A stretch of 64,000 nucleotides of DNA, taken from the NCBI GenBank assembly GCA_029262815.1, contig JAJCYS010000038.1, forward strand, positions 15,182 to 79,181. Reading direction: 5' to 3'. Under the pieces are notes generated by a model that was given only the letters and a program-made list of their open reading frames with translations, searched no databases and had not been told where the DNA came from. Positions 10,182 through 19,695 of this stretch are shown piece by piece; position 1 is the first letter of the stretch, and every line of letters begins with the position of its first letter. A program made the position numbers and the translations under genes. This DNA comes from Deltaproteobacteria bacterium (GTDB lineage Bacteria > Bdellovibrionota > JAJCYS01).

Positions 10182-10335
10182 CAATAGGTGCCAAAAGGTA
10201 GCCGGGGAACCTAAGAGCTATTCCAAAAGGTAGCCGGGGAACCTAAGAGCTATTCAATAGGTGCCAAAAGGTAGCCGGGGAACCTAAGAGCTATTCAATA
10301 GGTGCCAAAAGGTAGCCGGGGAACCTAAGAGCTAG
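10182..10335. repeat. tandem array of four direct repeats (41, 32, 41, 41 bp), family A, core CCAAAAGGTAGCCGGGGAACCTAAGAGCTA
   Basis: Read directly: units at 10182-10222, 10223-10254 (truncated), 10255-10295, 10296-10335. The last unit abuts the stop codon (10336-10338) of the minus-strand gene. No spacers, so not CRISPR. Confidence 0.9.
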
Positions 10336-12198
10336 TCACTCTTCTTCATGAATTTCCACCCATTGAACTTCTTGAGGTTTCAGAAAACCATGTTTTATCA
10401 ATGCTTCTCTAATAACCTTTTCTACATCAGAGTCCCCATCGTCTCCACCTTCAAACTCTAATCGTTTTTTGAGCAGCTTCGCTTCCTCGTCACTCAACTT
10501 CGCCTTTGCTGCTTTATAGGCATAAGCGGCTATGAACCTCGTTGACCAATTCCTTTTAGTACTCAGCTTCGCTTCGTTCTTAAACTGTGACAACACATTA
10601 TGTGCATCCAGCGCTTCAGCGATGGCTCTCAGTACTTTTGGATCGCGTTCTTCCAATAATTGATTTATGAGGTGCTCTTTCTCTGTATCACCAAATTCTT
10701 TTGATACCCCATAAGCTTGTACTGTCGCTTCACGCAAGTATCTACTCGACGCGGTTAAGAAATCTGCATTTTTTAATTCAGGCATTGCATCATTGTTTTC
10801 AAGTACCTCTTTAATCAATTTAAATACTGTCGAATCGTCTTCAACTTTGAGTTGGTCAAGTAACCACGTTTTTTCATCCGAGGTCAAAGGCGATTTAGTT
10901 TTATATGCCAGCACTGCAGATAGTCGGATTTTCCAGCGGCTTGCGTTCAGAAATTCTTTCGTGCCATATTCTGGCTTTACATTATGCTTCTTAAGCGCTT
11001 GGAGAACAAGATCAATATAAATGTCTTTTTCCTCAGTTTTCAGCCGGTTCAATAAATACTTCTGATCAATTTCCACAAGTGGACTCACCACGTCTTCATA
11101 TGCGTAAATTGCAACAAATCGAATAGCCAGACTCTCTGAATTCAAATGGGTATGCGATTTAAATTCCGATAAAAGATTATGTTTTTTATACAGCTTCACA
11201 TAGGCGGCTACAACGTCAGTGTCTTCATCATATCCCAGAGTATCGTTTTCATCTTCCAGATATTTTTTAAGTAGGTTTTTCTCCTTTTCAGTCGGTTTTT
11301 TTCCCGCCTCATAAGTCTGCAGTGACAACAGTTTTAGATTCCTATTATCAGACCCAAGAAAAATCTTCGATTTCAACTCATCTACTGTGTGATGTTTTTT
11401 TATGGCAACAATAAGCACACCTGTAACATCAGAATCGTCTTCTTCATTCAATTGACTAATTAATTGAGTCTTTTCGTCAGGGGTGAGTGACTCAGCGTTT
11501 TCATACGTATGGGCTGCCGCTTGACGTACTTTCCACCTTTCAGAGCTCAAGTCTTCTTTATTTTTAAACGCAGCTAACGCCTTATGTTTCTTAAGCGTCT
11601 GGATGATAGCATCAGACACATAATCGTCCGATTCAACTTTAAATTGCGCAACAAGCGACACTATTTCTTCTGGCGTCAATGATTCTTTCTTCTCATATGT
11701 TCGAGCCGCAGCAAGTCGAAACGCACTCTTATCTGACTCAAGAGAAACCTGACTCATCATTTCTTTTGGTAACGCATCAAACTTAGCGAGAACTCTCAGA
11801 ATAAGATTCTTGAATCGTTCTTTTTTTTCTTGTTTTAACAAATTGAGGAATGCTTCTTTTTCTTTTGGGGTAATACTTTTGGCTCTCAAGTAACCCCTTG
11901 TCACTTCAAATCGAAGACGTGCATTTTTTGCAGTAAGATATTTGAGCTGATTCAAATTGATTTTGATCCCTTTATCCTTTAGGATACTGAAAACTTTTCT
12001 TATTGACTCTTCGTCAGGCGAACTGATTATCGTGTTTTCCAATCTCAAAATATCTTCGTTTGTTAGTTTACTCTTTTTGGACAGTTGCTCCACGCCTTGA
12101 TTAGATAATGAGGAACCACTCTGTGAGCCACAACCGCTACTAAATACAATCATGAGGGAGAAACAAAGAACTAAACCTATTTTCTTTTTAGACCACAT
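10336..12198 (-). CDS. secreted/lipoprotein with HEAT-like (PBS-lyase type) repeats
   Basis: 620 aa; signal peptide MWSKKKIGLVLCFSLMIVFSSGC; recurring blocks such as RWKVRQAAAHTYENAESLTPDEK...EEDDSDV; paralog of 12380-13267. Confidence 0.6.
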   Translation of the reverse strand: MWSKKKIGLVLCFSLMIVFSSGCGSQSGSSLSNQGVEQLSKKSKLTNEDILRLENTIISSPDEESIRKVFSILKDKGIKINLNQLKYLTAKNARLRFEVTRGYLRAKSITPKEKEAFLNLLKQEKKERFKNLILRVLAKFDALPKEMMSQVSLESDKSAFRLAAARTYEKKESLTPEEIVSLVAQFKVESDDYVSDAIIQTLKKHKALAAFKNKEDLSSERWKVRQAAAHTYENAESLTPDEKTQLISQLNEEDDSDVTGVLIVAIKKHHTVDELKSKIFLGSDNRNLKLLSLQTYEAGKKPTEKEKNLLKKYLEDENDTLGYDEDTDVVAAYVKLYKKHNLLSEFKSHTHLNSESLAIRFVAIYAYEDVVSPLVEIDQKYLLNRLKTEEKDIYIDLVLQALKKHNVKPEYGTKEFLNASRWKIRLSAVLAYKTKSPLTSDEKTWLLDQLKVEDDSTVFKLIKEVLENNDAMPELKNADFLTASSRYLREATVQAYGVSKEFGDTEKEHLINQLLEERDPKVLRAIAEALDAHNVLSQFKNEAKLSTKRNWSTRFIAAYAYKAAKAKLSDEEAKLLKKRLEFEGGDDGDSDVEKVIREALIKHGFLKPQEVQWVEIHEEE

Positions 12199-12292
12199 AT
12201 GTATCCTTTTGTTAACATCTATGCCTTATCGGCACCTACTAACCCATCCTTGATATCAAATGTCGAGTTATTCTACAACCTGAATTTAGTGC

Positions 12293-12341
12293 GGATTCCT
12301 GCCGAGTTTATCCCAGCTGAGGCTGGGGCAGTAATGACAAG
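12293..12341. repeat. family B-like element (GGATTCC...GTAATGACAAG)
   Basis: Resembles the GGATTCCC...GGGAATGACAGG elements at 14177 and 37324; lies directly 5' of a family A copy. Confidence 0.4.
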
Positions 12342-12347
12342 TTTGTA

Positions 12348-12383
12348 TGCCAAAAGGGTGACGGGGAACCTAAGTGTGGCTAG
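12348..12383. repeat. family A repeat, single copy (TGCCAAAAGGGTGACGGGGAACCTAAGTGTGGCTAG)
   Basis: Matches the 10182-10335 units; overlaps the stop codon of CDS 12380-13267. Confidence 0.7.
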
Positions 12384-13267
12384 TTCTGTTCTTCTTCTTC
12401 ATCAGATTCTGGTATCTTGACTCCATGTTTTTCCAACGCTTGACGAATTACATCCTTTACATCAGAAATCCCGTCCACATCTTCATCTTCAAATTTCAAT
12501 TGCTTTAGCAGAAGCGCTTTCTCATCTGGATCTGTTAAGAGTTTATCCGCTGCTTTATATGCATGGGCTGCCGCTCGTCGTATTCTCCAATTTTCAGAAG
12601 CTAAACTGTTTTCGGTTTTAAATTTGGCTAGCGCGTTAAGCTTTACCAGAACCAATAAAATAGTATCGGACACATCTCCGTCCATATCTATTTTATAATG
12701 AGCTATAAGTTTTTCTATCTCTTTCTTAGTAAGCGTTTCTTTCTTTTCGAAATTTTTAGCTGCGGCATATCGGAAGCTACCGTAATCTGACTCAAGAGAT
12801 ACTTGACTCATCATGTCTTTTGGAAACGCATCAAATTTTGCCAGTGTCCTCAGTATTAGGTCTTCAGATATATCATCTTTTTCTTCTTTAAATAATTTGA
12901 GGATAATCTTTTTTTCTTTTAACGTGATACTTTTAGATTCCTTGAAATATACTCTTATCGCCAAATTTCTTACCCTTTCATGTATTGCTTTAAGATACTT
13001 AAGTTGATTCAATTTAATTTTGATACCAGAATCAGTTAATATTTTGAATGCTTTTCCTATTATATTTTCATCAGGCGAACTGACTATCACGTTTTGTAAT
13101 CTTTGAACATCAGCATTTGATAATTCACTCTTTATAGAAATTTGCTTGATTTCTTGAATAGAAGGCAGAGGTAGACTTGAGGCGTCTTTTGTTTTGCTAC
13201 AACCGTAATTGAATATAAATATAAGGGGCAAGCAAAGAACTAAACCCATCTTCTTTTTAAACCTCAT
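12380..13267 (-). CDS. secreted/lipoprotein with HEAT-like repeats (shorter paralog)
   Basis: 295 aa; signal peptide MRFKKKMGLVLCLPLIFIFNYGC; NWRIRRAAAHAYKAADKLLTDPDEK block; 5' leader (CCGATAAGGCATAGATGTTARCAAAAGG) nearly identical to that of 10336-12198. Confidence 0.6.
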   Translation of the reverse strand: MRFKKKMGLVLCLPLIFIFNYGCSKTKDASSLPLPSIQEIKQISIKSELSNADVQRLQNVIVSSPDENIIGKAFKILTDSGIKIKLNQLKYLKAIHERVRNLAIRVYFKESKSITLKEKKIILKLFKEEKDDISEDLILRTLAKFDAFPKDMMSQVSLESDYGSFRYAAAKNFEKKETLTKKEIEKLIAHYKIDMDGDVSDTILLVLVKLNALAKFKTENSLASENWRIRRAAAHAYKAADKLLTDPDEKALLLKQLKFEDEDVDGISDVKDVIRQALEKHGVKIPESDEEEEQN

Positions 13268-13425
13268 ACATACCCTTTTGCTAACATCTATGCCTTATCG
13301 GAATTTAGCAACGAAAAATTAATATCAAAGTCTTTGTCATTCTACAACCTCAATCCCTACCTGAAGCACAACTGGTGGTTTCCCGCACGAATGTTAACGC
13401 CTGCGTTGGGAATAACGGAGCGGGG

Positions 13426-14130
13426 TTAAGTTAGGTATTGAGAAAAGGCCTGTTTAAGTTGCTGAGCACCTTCAGCCTCAATCGGCACCCCATGAGAAAC
13501 TATAATCCTTTCAATAGGCCATTCCAACATATGCTCTAATGATTTTCTAAATGCAGGCTTATCTTTGATTAACCATCGAATCACCCGCGTCGGTCCAAAC
13601 CGTCCATAGGCCCCATAAAATTTGAGCAACATCGCAGCGAAGAAATTCCCAGGTACCCTTTGAATATTAAATGCCAAATCTGTCAATATTAACGTTCGAG
13701 TCAATTTATGAAAAAAGACAACTTCACCCAACTTAGGGATTCCCTGAATCACATGTTGCGCGATATCTCCAGCCCATGCAGATTCAGGCTGTTCATTCAA
13801 TTGGCCATCAAACGTAAAGTCTTTTTTCTTATTGTCCAACCCTGGCGCAGAAAACACCTGTGCATTCGGATATGCCTTTTTATAACTAGGCACAAACACA
13901 TGATGATACCTATTGGGCGCAATGACATAAGCCACTTCACCCAGTGCATCTAATTCTTTTTTTATATCTTCAGTCAATCGAATGGGGGAATGAACCCACA
14001 TCATTCGACTTTCCCCCAACCTCACAACCGTCATACGCGACTTCGTAGGCATGCCCATCATTTTGAATAAACATGTGCCTACCCAGATGTTTTCCCCAAA
14101 TGAATGTAGTTTCATGCCCCCCCCCTGCAT
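13426..14130 (-). CDS. hypothetical protein (possibly DUF4336-like; recalled from memory, unverified)
   Basis: 234 aa ORF. Alternative start at 14115 (MKLHSF) preceded by a G-run. No catalytic motif recognised. Confidence 0.5.
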   Translation of the reverse strand: MQGGGMKLHSFGENIWVGTCLFKMMGMPTKSRMTVVRLGESRMMWVHSPIRLTEDIKKELDALGEVAYVIAPNRYHHVFVPSYKKAYPNAQVFSAPGLDNKKKDFTFDGQLNEQPESAWAGDIAQHVIQGIPKLGEVVFFHKLTRTLILTDLAFNIQRVPGNFFAAMLLKFYGAYGRFGPTRVIRWLIKDKPAFRKSLEHMLEWPIERIIVSHGVPIEAEGAQQLKQAFSQYLT

Positions 14131-14176
14131 TCAGAAATGATATCGAGGCTCATCATATCATTTTTGGTAGTATTTT

Positions 14177-14214
14177 GGATTCCCGCTCACGCTACGCGTG
14201 TCGGGAATGACAGG
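14177..14214. repeat. family B palindromic element GGATTCCCGCTCACGCTACGCGTGTCGGGAATGACAGG
   Basis: Inverted repeat ATTCCCG...CGGGAAT flanking a 16-nt spacer; related copies at 37324-37381, 29431-29474 (reverse) and a fragment at 53052-53066. Confidence 0.7.
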
Positions 14215-14237
14215 ATGAATTTAATGTCTTAGATATC

Positions 14238-15701
14238 TTATTTTTTCCAGTACTCAGGAAAGCAAATGGTTACAAAGGTAATCAGCTCTAACCTGCCTAA
14301 CAACATACAAAAAGATAAAATCATCTTTTCGCCCGAATGCAAAAATGCATAATTATTCGACGGCCCAACTTCACCAAACCCAGGACCTACATTGCTCAAA
14401 CTCGTTAAAACAGCCGTCGCTGCAGTCGTCAAGTCACTCCCAAATGCACTCAGACCCAACACCGCCAACGCAAACACCAACATGTAAAAAGTCAAAAAAC
14501 CAAACACGCCTTTAATAGTCTGATCTACTACCGCTTGTCGATTAAACTTAATCACAGAAATACTCTGAGGATGGATCAATCGATATATTTCATTAATCGC
14601 ATGCTTAAATATCAGCGCCAATCGAACAACCTTAACCCCGCCCGCAGTCGATCCCGCACATCCACCCATAAACATCAAAAACAAAATCACTGCCTGACTG
14701 AAAAAAGGCCACGTTTCATAATCCGCAGTTCCAAATCCCGTACTCGATATAATTGAAACCACTTGAAACAACACAGTCCGAATCGCATCATGCCAACTTT
14801 CAGGTTGAATCGTAGCCGTATTTGCAATCAGAATGACCGCAGCTGCCAACATAATGAGCCCAAAGTACGTTCGAAACTCACTGTCCATAAAATATGGACG
14901 AAGCCCTTGCTTTCGAAACTGATAATGCAACGTAAAGCTAGATCCAGCCAACAACATAAACACAACCACAATCCATTCAAAGGCGGCTGTCTCGTATCCC
15001 CCTAAACTCGAATTCTTAATTGAATATCCACCCGTCGCTAGCGTCGTCAAACTATGACAAATGGAATCAAACACCGGCATACCACATGCCGCCAACGCAA
15101 TGGCACACATGGCTGTTAAAAGCACATACACTTTCCATAACGTCTTGGCCGTCTCTTTGACATGAACCTGTAGTTTATCTTTGGTAGGCCCCGGCACTTC
15201 CGCCTTGTACAGCTCGAGTCCCCCCACACCCAAAAAAGGTAGAATCGCCACAGCCAACAGAATAATCCCCATGCCCCCGAGCCATTGGATCAAACTGCGC
15301 CACAATAAAATATCACCGGGCAGACTCTCAATGTGATTCAACACACTTGCGCCAGTTGTTGTAAATCCCGAGATCGATTCAAAAAAAGCATTCACGGCTG
15401 ATTCGAATGACAACGGGCCAAACGTCTCAGCAAACATAAATGGCAGGCCACCTAACATTGATATCCCAATCCATGAAACCACAACAATGAGCAACCCTTC
15501 TTTTCGGTGAATCTCATCCCCAAACCGTGAAAAGGTGGTCGTCAATAACCAGCCAATAAAAATAGCAATGACAAACGAAATTAAAAACGGGGCCGGACTC
15601 GACCCTTCAATAACACTCACGATCACAGGTACTAAAATAAATACACTGAAGGCAATGAAGATAAGGCCCACATACCGAAGGCAGGCAAATAAAACGCCCA
15701 T
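14238..15701 (-). CDS. trkH: TrkH/KtrB family potassium transporter
   Basis: Multi-pass membrane protein with SGFTTTGA selectivity-type motif; 487 aa; adjacent to trkA. Confidence 0.85.
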   Translation of the reverse strand: MGVLFACLRYVGLIFIAFSVFILVPVIVSVIEGSSPAPFLISFVIAIFIGWLLTTTFSRFGDEIHRKEGLLIVVVSWIGISMLGGLPFMFAETFGPLSFESAVNAFFESISGFTTTGASVLNHIESLPGDILLWRSLIQWLGGMGIILLAVAILPFLGVGGLELYKAEVPGPTKDKLQVHVKETAKTLWKVYVLLTAMCAIALAACGMPVFDSICHSLTTLATGGYSIKNSSLGGYETAAFEWIVVVFMLLAGSSFTLHYQFRKQGLRPYFMDSEFRTYFGLIMLAAAVILIANTATIQPESWHDAIRTVLFQVVSIISSTGFGTADYETWPFFSQAVILFLMFMGGCAGSTAGGVKVVRLALIFKHAINEIYRLIHPQSISVIKFNRQAVVDQTIKGVFGFLTFYMLVFALAVLGLSAFGSDLTTAATAVLTSLSNVGPGFGEVGPSNNYAFLHSGEKMILSFCMLLGRLELITFVTICFPEYWKK

Positions 15702-15710
15702 TTGATTCCC

Positions 15711-17063
15711 TTACGTATTCCCAGTTTCAAACATATTGATCAACGTCCCCAATCGCTTCGGAGGTAACAGTAATAAAATTCGATCTTTTGGCTGAAGCAT
15801 CGCGTCATTTAAATTTAAAACCACTTCCTCTAAACGAAGCAGTGCAACCGGCTGAACATCATCCGGCAATGACAATTCTGAAATCATACTGCCACATACT
15901 TCATCTGATTCAAAAATCTCCATCTCAACCAATTCGTATGAACCATCTCCGATAATCTCCACCTGGGTGATCCGTTCAGACCGAATAAAAGCCATCACTT
16001 TTTTGACCGCGATCAATCGAGGCGAAATCCCTACATCGACACCAATACGTGACAAAAGCGGTAAATAGGAAATCTTATTGCTCAACGCGATAACCCGAGG
16101 TGTGCCCAATCGCTTAGCAAGCAAGCAACTTAAAATATTCACCTCTTCATCTTCATCAGCCGCAATGAACAAATCATGAGAGCCTACATTCTCTTCAAGC
16201 AACAGAGACTCATCACTCCCTTGGCCATGTAACACCACACAATGCTGCAGCCGCTCAGCCAACTCAAAACATCGTTTGCGATCCTGTTCAATAATTTTGG
16301 TCAAATATCCTTCACGTTCCAGTTTTTTGACCACCGAAAAGCCCAACTCATTGCCGCCTAAAACCATCACACGTTGTGGAGGTTCGTACCCCTGAAATAC
16401 ATCTTCATAAAATCGTTTCAACTTGTCTTTTTGCACCAGGCAATACACCACATCGCCTTCAAAAAACTGGACGCCCTCATCCATACTCATCCAATGACTA
16501 CCGCGATCGATCAGAATAGGTGCCCATCCTGCATCTTGAAACCCTGTCTTTTGGGTGTGCATCAACGGATCAATATGTGATGACTTAACACTGAACGCCA
16601 AACAAACAACCCGCGCTGCAAAGAAAGCAGAAAAATACATCATGTATGGATATTTCACTAAATCCAAAATGATCTTTGTGGCTTCCTTATCCTGGTTGAT
16701 CACCAAGTCCAGATTGAGCGCGCCTTTTTCAAGCACCTTTGAGTTGTATTCATATTCGGAGTTCTTCACCCGTGCGATTTTAATTGGATTATTACGCAGC
16801 GTCCCCGCCAACAAACAGGCAATCATATTGGCTTGATCACTGCTTGTCACAGCGATCACCATGTCACTCGATTCCATGCCCGCTTTTTTTAAAATTCTTG
16901 GAGATGTACCATCCCCCAATATGACTTGGATATCTGCACGTTCCTGGAGCATAGAAAGAACAGAGGCACTCGTATCAACAACAGACACATTATGGCCAGA
17001 TAATGTGAGCCGGCTTGCAATGCCTGCTCCCACTTCACCACCCCCGACAATTAATACCTGCAT
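15711..17063 (-). CDS. trkA: Trk system potassium uptake protein TrkA (NAD-binding)
   Basis: MQVLIVGGGEVGAGIA Rossmann motif at N-terminus, second GxGxxG (VMVLGGNELGFSV) mid-protein; 450 aa. Confidence 0.85.
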   Translation of the reverse strand: MQVLIVGGGEVGAGIASRLTLSGHNVSVVDTSASVLSMLQERADIQVILGDGTSPRILKKAGMESSDMVIAVTSSDQANMIACLLAGTLRNNPIKIARVKNSEYEYNSKVLEKGALNLDLVINQDKEATKIILDLVKYPYMMYFSAFFAARVVCLAFSVKSSHIDPLMHTQKTGFQDAGWAPILIDRGSHWMSMDEGVQFFEGDVVYCLVQKDKLKRFYEDVFQGYEPPQRVMVLGGNELGFSVVKKLEREGYLTKIIEQDRKRCFELAERLQHCVVLHGQGSDESLLLEENVGSHDLFIAADEDEEVNILSCLLAKRLGTPRVIALSNKISYLPLLSRIGVDVGISPRLIAVKKVMAFIRSERITQVEIIGDGSYELVEMEIFESDEVCGSMISELSLPDDVQPVALLRLEEVVLNLNDAMLQPKDRILLLLPPKRLGTLINMFETGNT

Positions 17064-17066
17064 GGC

Positions 17067-17474
17067 TTATCTTTCCCCAGTTATCGTTATGGCACCCATC
17101 ATACTGCCGTCCGTGAGACAATTCAAAATGGGATTTTTCTCAAGCTGATTTTCTCGTTGCAACACAACGCCAATGTGCCGAAAAGGCGCCAACATAATAC
17201 GTGTTTTAGGTTGCAACCGCTTAACTCCTTTTCCAGAAATCCACAGGTACGGAATCCATTGATGAGGAGCTGCAGGAAATAACCACATCCACTCTCCCCC
17301 TTTGGGACCTTTAAACTCTAACCTTCGGACCCACATCAACCACTGTAATAAATAGGAGGCTTCATCAAAAGATTCAGACGTCTCAATTATAATATCGAAG
17401 TGTTTATTTAGGTGCAAAAACTCGTGGGATTTAGGAGGTTTTGAAACTTGGATGCTATTCACACGTTCCATCAT
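17067..17474 (-). CDS. hypothetical protein
   Basis: 135 aa ORF between nusB and trkA in the same orientation; Trp-rich; no recognised motif. Confidence 0.45.
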   Translation of the reverse strand: MMERVNSIQVSKPPKSHEFLHLNKHFDIIIETSESFDEASYLLQWLMWVRRLEFKGPKGGEWMWLFPAAPHQWIPYLWISGKGVKRLQPKTRIMLAPFRHIGVVLQRENQLEKNPILNCLTDGSMMGAITITGER

Positions 17475-17505
17475 ACCTTAGAACCAGGTAAGGCTTCTCT
17501 CACAT

Positions 17506-17925
17506 TCAAGAAGCAATTTCTTTTTTACAAATTTGATCCAAGTTTCCATTAATAAATATAGGCGAGTCTGACTCACCATACATTTTCGCGATCTCGACAG
17601 CTTCATTAATCACAACCGCCTTGGGCACGTCGGGACAATGCAATAACTCATACACCGCTTGCCTTAAAATACATCGATCAACAGTTGCCATGCGATCCAA
17701 CCTCCAATGTTTGGAGTACTTACTAATCAACTCATCTAAATAATCACGGTGCTCAACAACCCCCTCAAAAAGTTTTTGAGCGTAAGTCCGCCACCCTTCA
17801 AACACGTGATTAGAGCCAGGTATCTTGTCAGAAAAATAAAATAAATCGGTTGGCGTCTCACCTATCAAATCCCAGCTATAAAGGTTCTGAAGAGCAGACT
17901 CTCGACTCTTGCGCCGTTTTCCCAT
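17506..17925 (-). CDS. nusB: transcription antitermination factor NusB
   Basis: 139 aa; RRKSRESALQNLY N-terminus and NGNLD block typical of NusB. Confidence 0.8.
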   Translation of the reverse strand: MGKRRKSRESALQNLYSWDLIGETPTDLFYFSDKIPGSNHVFEGWRTYAQKLFEGVVEHRDYLDELISKYSKHWRLDRMATVDRCILRQAVYELLHCPDVPKAVVINEAVEIAKMYGESDSPIFINGNLDQICKKEIAS

Positions 17926-17981
17926 GATCAGCCTATTCTATGCGTGATTCAACAAAAGTAAAGCGAAAGGATTTATTCATG

Positions 17982-19265
17982 CTAATAGATCGGAAATGAA
18001 GCACAAAGGATCTTTACCTCACACCGAATTCGGTTCAATTGCTCTGCAGACTCACTGCTCAACGCCTGGGCTATCCAATCAGCTATAGCACCCATCTCAG
18101 ATTCACCCATTCCGCGAGTTGTACACGCAGCTGTGCCAAGCCTAAAACCCGAAGTAATCATCGCAGATCGGGGATCATCTGGAATCGTGTTTTTATTTAC
18201 GGTGATACCCGCCTCTTCTAAGCGAGACTCGGCCTCACGGCCATCTAAAGTCGTTCGATCAAGCAAAGACACCCAAATCAAATGGTTGTCCGTGCCATCC
18301 GTAATCACTTTAAACCCTCGATCCATCAACCCCTCAGCCAATGCTTTTGCGTTTTTGATGATTTGCGACGCATAGGTTTCAAAACTAGGCTCTAAAGCTT
18401 CCTTGAAACACACAGCCTTCCCTAACACCTGATGCATCAATGGGCCGCCCTGTGTCCCAGGGAAGACCGCCTTACGAATCTTAACACCCACGTCTTCACG
18501 ACATCCCATAATGAGCCCACCCCGTGCACCGCGGAGCGTTTTATGCGTTGTTGTAGTCACCACATCACAATGGGGCAACGGTGATGGGTGAGCTTTTCCA
18601 GCAACCAATCCAGCAATATGTGCAATATCAGCCATCAATACAGCATCGACCTCTTGGGCAATACTTGAAAAAGCCTCAAAGTCGATTGTTCGAGGATAGC
18701 AAGTTGCCCCACACACAATCAGCTTGGGTCGGTGGGTTTTGGCACGATCACGTACCTGATCAAAATCAATACGGTGGTTAACATCCAACCCATAAGGTAC
18801 CGATTTAAACCATTTACCCGAAAGATTCACAGGCGACCCATGCGTTAAGTGTCCCCCATGAGATAAGGACATAGCCATTAAAGTATCTCCGGGTTCTAAC
18901 AGTGCAAAGTATGCCGCTAAATTCGCATTTGCGCCAGAATGAGGTTGCACATTCGCCCACTGAGCATCAAACAGCCGTTTGGCAAGGTCGATTGCATATT
19001 GCTCAACTTGGTCGTAATAAGTGCATCCTCCGTAATATCGTTTCCCCGGATAGCCTTCGGCATACTTATTGGTAAACAAACTGCCACACGCTTCAAGCAC
19101 CCTTTTTGAAACATAGTTCTCAGAAGCAATGAGCTCTAACCCTGTGGCTTGCCGCTCATGCTCATGGCTTAACGCACTGTACAATACATCATCGAATGCT
19201 TCCCAGTTTTGAAGTGACCACGCAGGTTTGAATTTATCTTGGATCCCATCACTCATCAGAATCAC
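17982..19265 (-). CDS. glyA: serine hydroxymethyltransferase
   Basis: LELIASENYVS and TTTTHKTLRGARGG (PLP-lysine region). Confidence 0.9.
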   Translation of the reverse strand: MILMSDGIQDKFKPAWSLQNWEAFDDVLYSALSHEHERQATGLELIASENYVSKRVLEACGSLFTNKYAEGYPGKRYYGGCTYYDQVEQYAIDLAKRLFDAQWANVQPHSGANANLAAYFALLEPGDTLMAMSLSHGGHLTHGSPVNLSGKWFKSVPYGLDVNHRIDFDQVRDRAKTHRPKLIVCGATCYPRTIDFEAFSSIAQEVDAVLMADIAHIAGLVAGKAHPSPLPHCDVVTTTTHKTLRGARGGLIMGCREDVGVKIRKAVFPGTQGGPLMHQVLGKAVCFKEALEPSFETYASQIIKNAKALAEGLMDRGFKVITDGTDNHLIWVSLLDRTTLDGREAESRLEEAGITVNKNTIPDDPRSAMITSGFRLGTAACTTRGMGESEMGAIADWIAQALSSESAEQLNRIRCEVKILCASFPIY

Positions 19266-19695
19266 CCTCTATTTTTCGAATTCGATTCGAGTGACGTCCC
19301 TCTTCAAATGATGCCTCCAAAAAAGTCTGCAACCATTCCACGATTTGGTCGTCGGGTTGTGTTCTTGAACCGAAGCAAGCAATATTCGCATCGTTATGCT
19401 GACGGGATAAAGCAGCGGTCTCAGCCGAGTAAATCATTGCAGCCCGAATACCTCGAAATCGATTTGCTGTGATACACATGCCGATCCCAGAACCACAAAT
19501 TAACACACCAACCTCAGCAGTCCCAGATTGAACCGCTTGCGCCACTGCTTTGGCATAGTCGGGATAATCCACACGACGATCTTCATCAACACCCAAATCT
19601 TGCCACTGTACGTGTTCGAACGCAGGATGCGCTTTGACATAGGCCTTTGTTACGAGCCCTGCATGATCACAGGCAATTGCAATTTTTTTATTCAT
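19249..19695 (-). CDS. rpiB: ribose-5-phosphate isomerase B
   Basis: IAIACDHAG and GSGIGMCITANR motifs; 148 aa. Confidence 0.85.
   Translation of the reverse strand: MNKKIAIACDHAGLVTKAYVKAHPAFEHVQWQDLGVDEDRRVDYPDYAKAVAQAVQSGTAEVGVLICGSGIGMCITANRFRGIRAAMIYSAETAALSRQHNDANIACFGSRTQPDDQIVEWLQTFLEASFEEGRHSNRIRKIEGDSDE

Noticed and set aside
10182-10335. Possible CRISPR array
   Set aside because: Units are contiguous direct repeats with no unique spacers, there are only four of them, and no cas genes are nearby.
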